Made by a program: the position numbers and the translations under genes. The notes beneath the pieces are model-generated. The model did not search any database. It was not told the origin of the DNA and saw nothing but the letters and a program-made list of their open reading frames with translations. Shown piece after piece: positions 1 through 13,479 of a stretch of 64,000 bases of DNA. The DNA lies in NCBI GenBank assembly GCA_964016885.1, contig OZ024740.1, positions 361,708,001-361,772,000 of the forward strand, written 5' to 3'. This DNA is from Eledone cirrhosa (taxonomy: Eukaryota). How positions within the stretch are numbered: the stretch's first letter is position 1; every line of letters starts with the position of its first letter.

Positions 1-65
1 ACTTTCCCCTCCCCACAAATTGCTGGCCTTGTGCCTATATAAGAAACCATTATATGTATATACAT

Positions 66-96
<31 letters not shown>

Positions 97-130
97 CAAA
101 TATACATACATAAATATATACATACATTTA

Positions 131-170
<40 letters not shown>

Positions 171-806
171 CATAATAAACAACATAATATAATTATTCCA
201 TTATCAAAGGTTTCAGGAGACTAGACGATGCTTACAGATGAAGTATACATATTTGTTGTTTAAATTCATAAGGAACTACAAGAAGTGTGAGTCACTTGGT
301 AAAGGTGATGTAACTACATCCGTTTACGTTTTGTGTTCAAGTTTCACCGGTGTCGACTTTGCCTTTCATCCTTAAAGAAACGATAAAATCAAACACTAGT
401 AATGCGCTGATTCGATGCAATTAACCATACTTTTCCCCCTCAAATTACTAGTATTGTGCATATGTTAGAAATTAATATTGGTATCTAATTTAGACAAAAG
501 GTCAGTACGTTTGAGGATAGCACAAATTTGATTAAACTAACCCCAGTACATGAGTGGTATTTTGTTTTATCGCCCTCAGAAGAATGAACGGTAAAGTTGA
601 TCTGATTTACACTCAGAACGTAGAAATCATGGCTAAACACCGCATACATATCATTTTGTCCAACGTTCTACCAATTGTGCAAATTTGCTTGCATTTGCTA
701 GCAATTAATGTTAAGATTACTATATATAAATAATTATGTTACCCCCTTTTTACAGACCTACGACTAAAGGCGTTTCAGTCATGACTACTTCCATTCTACA
801 ATCGTA

Positions 807-1765
807 CTTTGTAAATTGAGCAATGCATAGTTTTTTACAGAAATGCTCAACTAGTGTTTGAGATGAGCCAACGACTGGAGCAAAGTGAAACAAAATGTCT
901 TACTCAAGGACACAACGTGCCGCCGTTGGGCCCGGAATCGAACTCACGACCTTACGATCGTAAACCGACCACGCTAACCACAAAACTGTGTGACTTCAAT
1001 TGTATACACTTACATATAGATAAATGTGGCTTAGATAAAATAAAGAGACATATAAAGTGACTGGGGTATATTGAGATGCTAGAGAAGAAAGAGGTTTGAT
1101 AATATTATGAAACGTAGCTAACTTGTTGACTTAGAAGAAATGAAATAGAGAAAATATCTGTAGAGATTGATGTTGGCGTTAAGGGTGCTTTCGTTTTTAA
1201 TGTAACACATACTTCTCTTTTTAATTATGTCATACGGATTGGGTTACTAATATATCTTAAGTGAAGACTGCCTGTTTGTTATGTTAACAACGTTGTGTTG
1301 AGCCTACATCGGTTCCGATGACGAGCGTTTCAATCATCCGTAAAATATATGTGCAAGGAGCTGATCATTCTACAAACATATATAACCATAAGGTAGTGGA
1401 AAGCGTGGAAAGCGAAATAACCATAAAAAAACGCTTGAAAACGACTTAGAAAAAATTTAAATCAGAATAAAAATTTAATCCCAAAATAGAGGAAATTGGA
1501 ACATTATCCACTGAAAGTTCCTTAAACCCTGAAGAAAGGACTTGTAGGTCCCGAAATATTGGACAGATACAAAAACAAAAAAAGAAAACAAAACAAAAAC
1601 AAACAAAAAGGTTACCAGGTAACTTATTTTTACTTTTCGTTACCTCATCCTACACGTTGTGTCCTTGAGTAAGACATTTTGTTTCACTTTGCTCCAGTCG
1701 TTGGCTCATCTCAAACACTAGTTGATCATTTCTGTAAAAAACTATGCATTGCTCAATTTACAAAG
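807..1765. repeat. 113-bp near-perfect inverted duplication (807-919 vs 1653-1765) that includes part of a decayed SINE
   Basis: ctttgtaaattgagcaatgc...ggacacaacgtg is the reverse complement of cacgttgtgtcc...gcattgctcaatttacaaag; I count one mismatch. Confidence 0.9.
1527..1562 (+). ncRNA. Degenerate minimal type I hammerhead ribozyme motif
   Basis: cc CTGAAGA aa ggac-ttgtag-gtcc c GAAA ta TT gg; stem I is only 2 bp. Confidence 0.45.
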
Positions 1766-1931
1766 ATGTCCAGCGTCTTTTACAGCTATTGGGAGACTTG
1801 ATAGTTTTATGACCCTAACTGAGGACGATAACAGTCGCCGTGTTCTAACTGCTTGATCTTCATATGAGGGACTAAATTCTGTGAATGAACACCGTTAATT
1901 TTCTCCCTCATATTAAAGATTTGAAGACAAT

Positions 1932-2020
1932 TCATTTTCACCTGACGAGATCAGTGATAATCGATCATGGCTACACGATCGATCTATCTCTTTTTGAAAC
2001 ACGTGTCGTCATTAAAATGA
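1932..2020 (+). ncRNA. Type I hammerhead ribozyme motif with long stem II
   Basis: CTGACGA 1942-1948; atcgatc/gatcgat hairpin; GAAAC-ACGT-GTC 1996-2007 (palindromic stem III, GUC site); stem I ac/gt plus tcatttt/aaaatga. Confidence 0.65.
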
Positions 2021-2424
2021 TTGGAAATTTATACCATGCCTTCTGATCTTTATTTTGATACAAATACTCCATTTTACATCATCTAGCTGTTCCCATAAAT
2101 GGAATTGGAGATATACAAAAGCGTGGAGAACTTAATATTGCTAACAAAAATTTTATTGGACAGTTTGACACAACCAATAACACACCTTACTATATATATA
2201 TATAAGTATACATGTATGTATGTACACGTGCGCACACGTGGTTGTAAAGGTAATTAATATATTTATAAAAGTTGTTTTTTGATTTTACAGTTATTGTTGT
2301 TAGAGGGCTTGGAATAAACGTTATATAGAAATGTGATAGTTATTTGAAGGGTCTGGTTATTAGGAAGTTAAAAAGTGATAGAAATAAACAGATAGAAAGG
2401 TAGAAAGGGCGTGTATATTTGAAT

Positions 2425-2590
<166 letters not shown>

Positions 2591-2805
2591 ATACATATAT
2601 ATATATAGGAATGAAAAATGGCGTGCTGGCCATTTTTCAGTCCTATATTTTTTCCCTTCGCTGTGGCCTGTCTTTTTCTCTTCCCTTACTGCTATCCTCT
2701 TTCTCTCTCCCCCTTCTCTCTCCTTGTACCTCTTACTTTCATTCACCCCCTCTGCTAGTCACCCTCTCTCGGCTTTCACTCACTCACTCACCTGGCTTCT
2801 TGTTC

Positions 2806-2883
<78 letters not shown>

Positions 2884-2885
<2 letters not shown>

Positions 2886-3080
2886 CGAAGGAAGTGTGGT
2901 AAGGAACCAGGTGGACCATAACGCACCAGAGTACTCGATACTTAGGGTAGTAGAGTGGGTAATAGGAAAAGAGTCAGGACCCTGACGGCTCAGCTCCGGC
3001 CGTTTCGACAGCTCGATCTGAACTCAGATCTAGCTGTCGAAACGGCCGGAGCTCAGCCGTCGGGGTCTTGACTCTTTTCC
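2884..3080 (-). mobile_element. Fold-back element, family B copy 1 (hairpin 2965-3080 plus unique tail abutting (TA)n)
   Basis: About 55-bp inverted arms around gatctgaactcagatc; same family at 33480-33656 and 33846-34025. Confidence 0.85.
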
Positions 3081-3966
3081 TTATGTATTTACTTTTTGGG
3101 GAACCCACTACAATGCAGAAAGCTATAATAATAGTTGTATTGGAGATGAAAACAGAGAATAGAATCGCCTGACTTATTCAACTATTAAGTATATCTATCT
3201 ACATTGTGTGGCATCCCCGAAAATGAAACATTTCTAAATTTCAAATTACCCCAGTTCTTCTTAAATGAATATCCCAACTCCCAAAATGAGTTTTTCAGTA
3301 ACTGTTTGTATCCCAATAAATACTTGCTCTCTTCATTGAAACCTCATCCCCCATGACATTCAGTCTACGCAGCTAGTTACCCTACATACTCATAGTCTCT
3401 CTCAAAATATTCTCACATTTTCCTCTCTCAACATGTCACATTTTAAAAAATATACCGCCATATTCTAGAATATCGCACGCATTATCTACTTTCTCCAACT
3501 CATCTTCATTTTCTTCTTCTCCACACATTCAATGTAATTCTAGGACCTTAATATTTCTTTTTTCCTGGTCGAGGAAACGTGTAAAATTTTTAACCCCGGA
3601 ATTACCGGCCCTTCACCTTTCCGCCAGATTTTCATCAAATTTCGTTCAGACATTTTACGAAAAGGTATCTAAAGTGGTGGTTGATAAACGTCGATTTCAA
3701 TTCTATAATATTATCATATCATGCGCAATAAATTTTCGTGTTTAATAATCATAATACACACACACACACACACACACATGTGAGTCCCGGGTTCAATCGG
3801 AGGGTAGCCACAGTAAGTAATGTACTCAATACATTAGTAGAGTATATACAACAAATTTTATATAGGAATGGCTTCTACAGGACTAGAACTGTTTCATTCG
3901 AAGGAAATTATCAGGAAAGCCCGATGCGTAGATACATGTGTGTGTATGTGTGTGTATGTGTGTGTA

Positions 3967-4034
<68 letters not shown>

Positions 4035-4293
4035 GAATGTACGTGCAAGAAACGTCTATACTTTAAGTTATTTATGTTTACATTCTTATCAAAGGCATCT
4101 AATTTTGCCACAAATATTCCAACAGTTCACTTCAAATAAAACCAAAATTTCAACTAAGAGGAAGAAAACTCAATGTAACACGGAACAGTATTTATTGCAA
4201 TGCCAGTTGGAATTATTGCCTGAAAACATGTTATATTATAAATAGTTAATTTTATCTATTTTTTTTTACGACGTGTAACAATTGTCTGCAGCC

Positions 4294-4340
<47 letters not shown>

Positions 4341-4369
4341 CGCGTGTCTATATGTGTAAAGGCATATAT

Positions 4370-4630
4370 ATGGCTTAGTGGTTAGAGTATTCGGCTCACG
4401 ATTGTAAGGTCATGAGTTCGATTCCTGGCAACACATAGTGTCCTTGAGCAAGACACTTTATTTCACGTTGTTTCAGGTCACTTAGTTGTCCCCGTAATTG
4501 AAAGGGGCAACCATGTCACACACTGTGTCACGCTAAATCTAACATGTTTGTGGAATGATCAGCCAGTTTCACGTTAATTTCCATTACTTAAACAACTGGA
4601 ACATTCGTCCTGGGAACCAACGGAGATTTA
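4370..4630 (+). mobile_element. tRNA-derived SINE with CORE-like central domain; other copies or tails near 860-995(-), 15435-15540(-), 21345-21530, 29820-29975, 39285-39560(-), 42890-43160, 49785-50090, 50790-51055(-), 62440-62580
   Basis: A box tggcttagtgg, B box gagttcgattcc, then gtgtccttgagcaagacacttt resembling the CORE/MIR motif; recurs through the window. Confidence 0.8.
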
Positions 4631-4699
4631 AAAGCAGTCCAATACATGTGAGAACGTTTAGACAACTGATATTCTAACTGTGCTTTATTGCTGCTTCGC

Positions 4700-5010
4700 A
4701 AGCAATGTCCGGTCGCTTCCTCTTCACACTGGTCGCTGTCGAAACCTCAGGCGTACTTGGACCCCGGACTGTAGAGCTCCTCCACAAGATCAGAACGTCG
4801 GCAGCCAGTCTGAGGAAGGAGCCCCGTGATGTGGGGTGGCTGTTGCAGTGGGTGTCGCTGGCCATTATCCGCGGGAATGCTTTTGCGGCCTTCTCCGCGG
4901 GGCGCAGCCCCAACACCATCACGCCCTAGGCCTAGAGCCAATCACCCCCATCTCCATTCTTCTGTCACCCTGGAGCCCTTTCCTTTTCTATTTTTAGTTA
5001 TTAATAAACA
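4700..5010 (+). mobile_element. 3' fragment of a CRE-like non-LTR retrotransposon (restriction-like endonuclease C-terminus)
   Basis: VAVETSGVLGPR...WLLQWVSLAIIRGNA matches the longer copy at 52075-52758; a further remnant lies near 10380-10500. Confidence 0.75.
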
Positions 5011-5986
5011 TTGTAATAGAAAATTATTCATATACTTTTTTGAGACATTTCTTTTTGTTTATTTTATCTTTTCTGTATTTCTCACTTTCTCACGTTGTCT
5101 CTTGTTCTGGGAGTAATGGCTGTGTTCAGACCTCAACAGAGATAAGCCCCGTCATGTTTAAAAGGCACAAGTCACTGTAAATCTCCACGGTATCCCTACA
5201 ACTCCATCAGATGTTAAGGACCAAAGAGAGGAAGAGTACTTTATATAGCCTGCGGGACTTTTTTATATTTTTGCATGAGAAAAGATGTCTTCAGATAAAA
5301 ACTCCAATTTAATGGCAGACCAGTCAATCGTCCGACGGGGAGAACTCCCATCTACTTTGGGGTGGTTGAGAGATGTCTTCTCTAGTGAAAATTGGTATAG
5401 CTTTCATTATGTAAAATCTCCCTATTTTGCCACAGTTCTCCCCGTTTTGGGGTACTTTTTTTACATGGTACTTTACATGGTACTTACAGGTTGGCAGGCT
5501 TGTAATGGTGAATATTGTTATAGTGTGTTCAGAAATAGAACATTATGGAAATGTATACCATTATCACTATTTGCAAATGAGGCGCGATGGTATATTTCTG
5601 CTTCTGTTCAACTTCAATAGCGTCGAAATATTTCTTTGTCGTTAGACACTATTAAAAGAGTAGTGTTTATTCTTCCTCAAAAATATCATGAATATATGAC
5701 AATAATAACGAGATAATTGGAAATGAAGGCTAACATTCAACCACCGAGGCAACCACAACAGTCATATTACATAACAAGCAAATAAAACCCTGGAATACCA
5801 AGAAGACAGGTGATGCGCTAATATAATTAAGCCTTAAGCTGCATTCTTATTGCTCAACCGATAGAAAGGTAAATTGTTTTTGTTGTCTGTAATAAGGCTA
5901 GAAATCTGACTGTAAAAATATGATTCTACTCCTCCTTCCCGAACTCTTCCTTACTCTCTCCACACACACACATACATACATACATA

Positions 5987-6500
5987 ATGGCTGCCCCATC
6001 GTTATCGAGTATGGCCATTGCACGATATAAATGCAAATACATACACACATATATATTCATATATATTCATATATATATTCATATATACATACATATATAT
6101 ATGGTGGCTGCCAACTCGTTTTCGAGTACGGCCACTACTTTATATCCATGTAGGAGAACCCCTACCGATGCGCTGAACGAGTGTGACTTTTTAGTCCAGC
6201 CAGCGACTTGAAAACTCTGGTACAAACACTACACTTGTGACAATTATTGACACATAGTGCTTTGCCTTTGGTACCATGTGACGACAAGTGCAGAGAGATC
6301 TCCAGATACAAAGCAATGCCTGTGCCGTGAAGCTCTTATAGTGAGCAAAGGCACTGCACAAAGCCAGTCCCACTCTCTTAACCAAGATGATATTTACCAA
6401 AAAGAAGAACAAGTCAACATCATTGGATACCATCAGAGTTGCAAGTGTTATATCAGAGTTTTCCTTCTCCTAGAATTCTGCCTTGACAAAGGCTAAGGGG
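5987..6500 (-). mobile_element. Decayed 3' end of an RTE-like LINE; same terminus at 14543-14575 and 28988-29050
   Basis: Repeated terminus atggctgccc..ttatcgagtatggcca next to microsatellites; weak RWL..GH.R-like remnant on the minus strand. Confidence 0.45.
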
Positions 6501-6512
6501 TCATCTCTCCCA

Positions 6513-7003
<491 letters not shown>

Positions 7004-7889
7004 AGAACAAAAGATGGTTAAAAGAGTTCCATGTATTTTATTATGCGCATTTCAAAAACAAATATCATCATGCAATAATATTTGTGTTTTCATCAGATAA
7101 AACAGGAAGACATGATATGAAGATTAAAAAACACTTGTGGATAGTGCAGTTTTAAATCAACATATCATTTGTTCTTATATATTATATATACTCCAGTCCT
7201 ACAAACTGTAGAGTGCTTCTTATCCGATATCTGCATTGCTTTATTGTACTACAATAAAACTCACCTCCTACATATATATATATATATGTATGTATATATG
7301 TATGTATGTATATGTGTGTATACATATATATACATACATATATGTATATATATATATATATATTTATGTTTGTGTACACATATACATACCTACACACCTA
7401 CATACATAATACATACATACATAATACATACCTACCTACCTACATACGTACATACATACATACATACATACATACATACATACATACATACATACATACA
7501 TAATTATACAGACAGTAAAACTGACAAAGACAGACATACAAAATAAAACAACAACAACAACACAAACCCCAACAAATACTTTTTTTTTACTTTGATGCCT
7601 TCTTATATGTCACGAATGGTAAATTCTTTCTTTGAAAAAAATCAAAGGAAAAACCAATATTGCCGCCAATGTTTTAACGTTTAAATATGATTACTTATAC
7701 ATTTGTTTATGATTTTATTAAGATAATTAGAGGATATTATTTAAATAAAAGGCAAGCGGCAATTAATATATGCCTCTGAGCCACTCTACTGCAATGTTGC
7801 TGAACAATTACGAGACGAACATTCTCAGAGAAAATGGAAAACAGTCTTTCGAGGCCTCAGGTTTCTAATGAGAAATTGCTGATGGTGCT

Positions 7890-9590
7890 TGTAGAGCGTA
7901 ATGGTGGAGGTGACAGGGAGTAATGATAGTGTGTGGTGGTGGTGGCAGTTGTAGTGGTGGTGGTAGTGGAGGTGGTAGTGGAGGTGGTAGTGGAGGTGGT
8001 AGTGTTGGGGGTAGTGATGGTAGAGAGTAATGGTGGAGGTGACAGGGAGTAATGATAGTGTGTGGTGGTGGCGGTTGTAGTGGTGGTGGTAGTGGAGGTG
8101 GTAGTGGAGGTGGTAGTGTTGGGGGTAGTGATGGTGGTGGTGCTGGTAGAGAGTAATGGTGGAGGTGACAGGGAGTAATGATAGTGTGTGGTGGTGGTGG
8201 CGGTTGTAGTGGTGGTGGTAGTGGAGGTGGTAGTGGAGGTGGTAGTGTTGGGGGTAGTGATGGTGGTGGTGCTGGTAGAGAGTAATGGTGGAGGTGACAA
8301 GGAGTAATGATAGTGTGTGGTGGTGGTGGCGGTTGTAGTGGTGGTGGTAGTGGAGGTGGTAGTGGTGGTGGTAGTGTTGGGGGTAGTGATGGTGGTGGTG
8401 CTGGTAGAGAGTAATGGTGGAGGTGACAGGGAGTAATGATAGTGCGTGGTGGTGGAGGCGGTTGTAGTGGTGGTGTTAGTGGTGGTGGTAGTGGTGGTGG
8501 TAGTGGTGGTGGTAGTGTTGGGGGTAGTGATGGTGGTGGTGCTGGTAGAGAGTAATGGTGGAGGTGACAGGGAGTAATGATAGTGTGTGGTGGTGGTGGC
8601 GGTTGTAGTGGTGGTGTTAGTGGTGGTGGTAGTAGAGGTGGTAGTGTTGGGGGTAGTGACGGTAGTGGTGGTAGTGGTGGTGGTGGTGGTGGTGGTAGTG
8701 GTGGTGGTAGTGGAGGTGGTAGTGTTGGGGGTAGTGATGGTGGTGGTGGTAGTGGTGGTGGTAGTGTTGGGGGTAGTGATGGTGGTGGTGCTGGTAGAGA
8801 GTAATGGTGGAGGTGACAGGGAGTAATGATAGTGCGTGGTGGTGGTGGCGGTTGTAGTGGTGGTGTTAGTGGTGGTGGTAGTGGAGGTGGTAGTGTTGGG
8901 GGTAGTGATGGTAGTGGTGGTAGTGGTGGTGGTGGGGTGGTGGTAGTGGTGGTGGTAGTGGAGGTGGTAGTGTTGGGGGTAGTGATGGTGGTGGTGGTAG
9001 TAGTGGTGGTAGTAGAGGTGGTAGTGTTGGGGGTAGTGATTGTGGTGGTAGTGTTGGTGGTAGTGGAGGTGGTAGTGTTGGGGGTAGTAATGGTGGTGGT
9101 GGTGGTTGTGGTAGTTGTGAAAGTGATGGTGGTGGTGGTAGTAGTGGTAGTGGCATTGACGTGGTGGTGATGGTAGTGGTGGTAGTGGTGGTGGTGGTAA
9201 TGGTGGTGGTGTTAGTAATGGCGGTGGTAGTGCTAGGGGTGGTGGTGGTGATGGTGTTGGTGGAGGAGGTGGTGAATGTGAGAATTGAGTGATAGTGACG
9301 GAGGGTGTCGTGGTTGTGATGGTAGTGATGTTGGCGGTGTTAGTGGTGGTGTTAATGCTGGTGGTGAAGATGGTAGTGGTCGTGATGGTGGTGTTGGTGG
9401 TAGTGCTAGTGTTGGGGAAGGTGGTGCTGATGCTTGTGGTAGAGGGTCAGGTGGTGGTGGTTGTGGTAGTAGTTGTAGTGGTTGTTCTGGCAGTCGAAGT
9501 GTTGGAGTGGGGGTGTTAGTGGTAGTGGTAATGATAATGGTTCTGGTGTTAGTGGGGGTGACGGTGGTGTAGCAGGGGGTAAGGATAGTG
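7890..9590. repeat. GGT/AGT-rich minisatellite (about 120-135 bp units to about 8900, some longer) grading into low-complexity sequence
   Basis: Anchor gagtaatggtggaggtgacagggagtaatgatagtg recurs about 7 times. Confidence 0.9.
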
Positions 9591-9679
9591 AATGCTTTTA
9601 TAAGCTTCATTCTCTCAAGTCTATTTTTAGTAAACTATTTCAAGACACACCTAAGCGACTTATATTTAATATGGAAGTC

Positions 9680-9739
<60 letters not shown>

Positions 9740-9761
9740 TGTTTGTGTGTGTGTGTTTAGA

Positions 9762-9795
<34 letters not shown>

Positions 9796-9892
9796 GGTAT
9801 ATATATGCATATATATGAATATATATACGTAAATATAAGTAGAGATATATAAGTATACATATATACATATGCATCTATCTATCTCTCTCTCT

Positions 9893-9924
<32 letters not shown>

Positions 9925-10185
9925 CACATACATAACTGAAAATATGAGAATTGTGCTTTTAAAGTATTTGTGGAGAAAAATGGGAAGCAAAAGAAAGCAA
10001 TAACAAAATAAAAAAAGGACTACTAGAAATAAATGAGTGGAGGAAAAATATAAATATTAAAGACGGAAAAAATATTTTAGCAAATGGGAAAACATATTGA
10101 AAGAGAAGGAAGGGGAATAGAGAGAGGACAAGCAGGATGCAATTTAAACGTGAACGATTTTCACAATTCTCGGAAAAAGATATTA

Positions 10186-10320
10186 CCGTATTTCCTGGCG
10201 TCGAAGGCGCTACTTTTTCCCTAAAATAAGTCTGAAAAATTTACCTTGCGTCCTGGAGGCCGAATGTTGTTTATTATTTTAAAAAAAATTTGGTTGTCAA
10301 AATTAGGGTGTGTCCTTGAG
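10186..10320 (+). mobile_element. Left end of a Tc1/pogo-type non-autonomous DNA transposon
   Basis: TA followed by ccgtatttcctggcgtcgaaggcgc, resembling pogo-like TIR starts; no partner end seen. Confidence 0.4.
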
Positions 10321-10894
10321 GTGTGTCGGCGTCGGGAAATATGGTAATTCAAGTTCCAGTGATAAGGTATCGGTGGCCAGTCTGTCCAGTGTGTTACTGG
10401 CCATTGTCAGCAGGAATGCTTTTGCGGTCTTGTCCGCGGGGCGCGGTCCATCTACCGCCGCGCATTAGGCCCAGAGCCCAATTATCCCCCTTCCCCTCCC
10501 CATTTTTCTGTCACATAAGAGTTCTTGCTATTCCCCGCTTCCCGTTTTTATTTCTTTTTCTCTTTTTTCCTAAATTTTCCTATTTTACATTCCATTCTTC
10601 TCAATCTCAATCTTTTTTCTTCTTTTTCTATTAAATCATCCGATAATGTTAATACAACGACTGAGAGATTAAGATGTGGTTTTATATAAAAAAACTATTT
10701 GAACATGTGTGGTTTATTTAATTCTTTTGCTGGCTTCAGTCATTAGAATTCAGCCATGATGGGATTCCACTTGGATACAGTCGAATATGTTCACCTCAGT
10801 ACTTTTCAAAATCTGTTACTTATTTTATCGATTTTTGTGTCGAACCGCTAATTTACGAATCACACACACAGACACATTCTAAAACGTAAACATA

Positions 10895-11030
<136 letters not shown>

Positions 11031-11211
11031 CACATATACGCAAATAGCTGCCTGCACGCGGGTGTGTGCCTATAAATAAATATATATCTACCACCTTTAT
11101 TTTCTCGTTTTTTTAAATTCTGTTTTTTATATTTATTTTTATTTCTCCCTTCTTTTCGTGTCCTTTACTTGTTAACTTCCCTCCTTACTCCTACTCAGAG
11201 TTCTGCTCAAC

Positions 11212-11247
11212 TTTCCTGATGAAGGACTTAAGTCCGAAACGCCGAAA
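11212..11247 (+). ncRNA. Minimal type I hammerhead motif with mutated cleavage triplet (GCC)
   Basis: tttc CTGATGA a ggact-ta-agtcc GAAAC GCC gaaa; downstream sequence resembles the PLE 3' end at 45700-45790. Confidence 0.7.
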
Positions 11248-11398
11248 CCTCCCCCAACTCTCACCAAGCGTGAACTTAATATAACTATGTACAATTGACT
11301 CCTGCGTTTGTTTGTTCTTTTCATACAGCGTGTCCCGAAATATTGTAAACACATTTATTAGAATGCTGTTCAAGTGTGTATATATTTTTTCGAATATC

Positions 11399-11460
<62 letters not shown>

Positions 11461-11561
11461 TATAACGAGACTATTTTGAGTTTCTAACTCAATACATGCC
11501 TTTGATATATATATATCACATAAAAAACGGAGAATCAGTGGTGCGACGAATAGAATTTATT

Positions 11562-11658
11562 AGACCTATTACAATCGTTTCTCTGGCGACCAGCTCGAGG
11601 CACGATCGATGCAATGATCGAACCTGACTCTGAAATCACAAGGTCCTCAGATACGTCT
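11562..11658 (-). ncRNA. Type I hammerhead ribozyme motif, long stem II
   Basis: Minus strand: agacgtat CTGAGGA ... GAAA cgattg TA ataggtct; lies between (TA)n tracts. Confidence 0.7.
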
Positions 11659-11739
11659 CGATTCTTCGAAGCAGAGTTTCCCAAAGCATCGAGTGCTCAA
11701 ACGGCCTACCGCATACGGACGCTTTAAGCATCCCACTCC

Positions 11740-11783
<44 letters not shown>

Positions 11784-11789
<6 letters not shown>

Positions 11790-12388
11790 CGTAAAAAAAG
11801 AAAATTTAAAAAAAATTAAAAAAATTAACTTACTTACTAAAATTTTTCACTCCAACTAATTAGTTTCTGCAATGGGATATAGACAGTTACGTAATATAAC
11901 CATCGAGAATTCATTGCGTCATCAAGGAGTCTATTCTCAGCTAAGTCTCCAGGCAATGCGCGGACACTGGGGACTCATATAAAAATAATAATAATTCGGT
12001 AGATGGAACAGCTAGCGGGGACTGGATTCCATGCACTGAAAAGCTCGCTGTCTCTGGTCAAATGGCAGATTCTAAAGAATCAATCACGTGACGCTGAGGC
12101 TAGTCGGAAGGAGTGGGATGGTAAGATGACAGAAGCCTACTACCACACCAATAAATTAGTAGTGGTTTTGGCAGGTTTGCTCAACAAATAAATAATTTGG
12201 AGATAAATATAGAGAATTTAGTATATCTACTAACATATGCGTACAGATGTACGCTCATGCTAGCAAATACATAAGTTATGTCATAGTACCTAGGTGGTTC
12301 GATGCAGGAGGATGCAGAACAATAATATAAAACTTATGTATTTGCTAATTTGCTAGCATTGTACGCATATGTTAGTAGATATACTAAA

Positions 12389-12395
<7 letters not shown>
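11784..12395 (-). mobile_element. HHR element family A copy 1: circularly permuted monomer of about 550 bp with short terminal fold-back; HHR at 11849-11930 with core TTGATGA
   Basis: Homologous to 32228-32877 and 61297-61621; actcc/ggagt stem I, gcaatg/cattgc stem II, GAAA-ctaattag-TT. Confidence 0.8.
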
Positions 12396-12430
<35 letters not shown>

Positions 12431-12499
12431 ATATATATATATATATTCATTAATTCCCCAATTTGTATGTGTAGATGTGTGCGTGTGTCTGTGGTGGTG

Positions 12500-13010
12500 G
12501 GTGTGAGTGTACGTACAAGCCAACCTACATAAGTCTTTTTATTTGTACATTTTCTACTCTAACCATAATTTTCAGTAGCACCACTCCACATAAATTCCTC
12601 AATTTAAGAATGACCTGTAGTATCTATTTCATACTATTAACCTTAATTGAATATATATCTGACCAGGAATGCTTTTTGTGAAAATCAGTCATATGGAACT
12701 ATTGTCATCTTGCCTGACGGTTTGAACTTTACAACACCACCTGCCTCTTTGAGGTCAAATACCAACCCTACTAGCATCTACAAACTGACCAATGAGAATT
12801 AAGACTATTCCTGCTGATACCATTAAATTATTCCTAACAAGCTCATATGTACCAAGGCTCTGATATCATCAACACTATAAACACAGAGCTGGCATATCTA
12901 AGAACTGACTAACTGCCTGATGAGGTCATAGCCATTCAATGGCTATCATCGAAATATATATAGCAGTAAATAAAGGATTATGCGTTCATGCAATTGACTT
13001 ATGTTTCGTC
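12500..13010 (+). mobile_element. Probable 3' end of a Penelope-like element
   Basis: PDGLN codons at 12713-12727 (typical PLE GIY-YIG C-terminus) followed by an intact HHR and (TA)n. Confidence 0.5.
12912..12967 (+). ncRNA. Intact type I hammerhead ribozyme motif
   Basis: actgc CTGATGA ggtc-atagccat-tca-atggctat-catc GAAA tatata TA gcagt; 5-bp stem I, palindromic stem III. Confidence 0.85.
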
Positions 13011-13043
13011 ACTATATATATATATATGAAATCCACCCCCCAA

Positions 13044-13080
<37 letters not shown>

Positions 13081-13296
13081 TAAAATAACAGATTAAAGTT
13101 TAAGCAAAGAATCGCTGCTTTCACCCTTAACGGGATTTTCTGAAACTAAAAAAAATCAATCGGTGAACGCAGAAGTAAATATTTAGTAAAACGTTGCAAC
13201 CGAAGGAAAAATAAAATGTTTCTCATTAAAAAGCTTAATAAACATCTGCTCAGAGCATCAATATACGCAGATTTATTATATTATATTATATTATAT

Positions 13297-13332
<36 letters not shown>

Positions 13333-13479
13333 GGAGGCTTGAACTGGGGGAGGGGCAGGGAGGGATGTGCCCCCCCTCCATAATAATTATATTTTTCTCC
13401 CCCAAACTACTAAAACACACATCTATTTGTATATGCGCTACAATCTATGTACATGTTATCTATATAACATGTACACATG

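Noticed and set aside
1819-1845. CTGAGGA followed by a small hairpin
   Set aside because: No GAAA or UH site follows, so it is not a hammerhead.
4370-4430. tRNA gene
   Set aside because: The A/B boxes belong to a SINE head, with no complete cloverleaf.
13110-13150. Minus-strand cagaaaa-tccc-gttaa-ggg-t-gaaa between (TA)n tracts
   Set aside because: The core has two changes and no stem I; at best a decayed HHR, so I did not count it.
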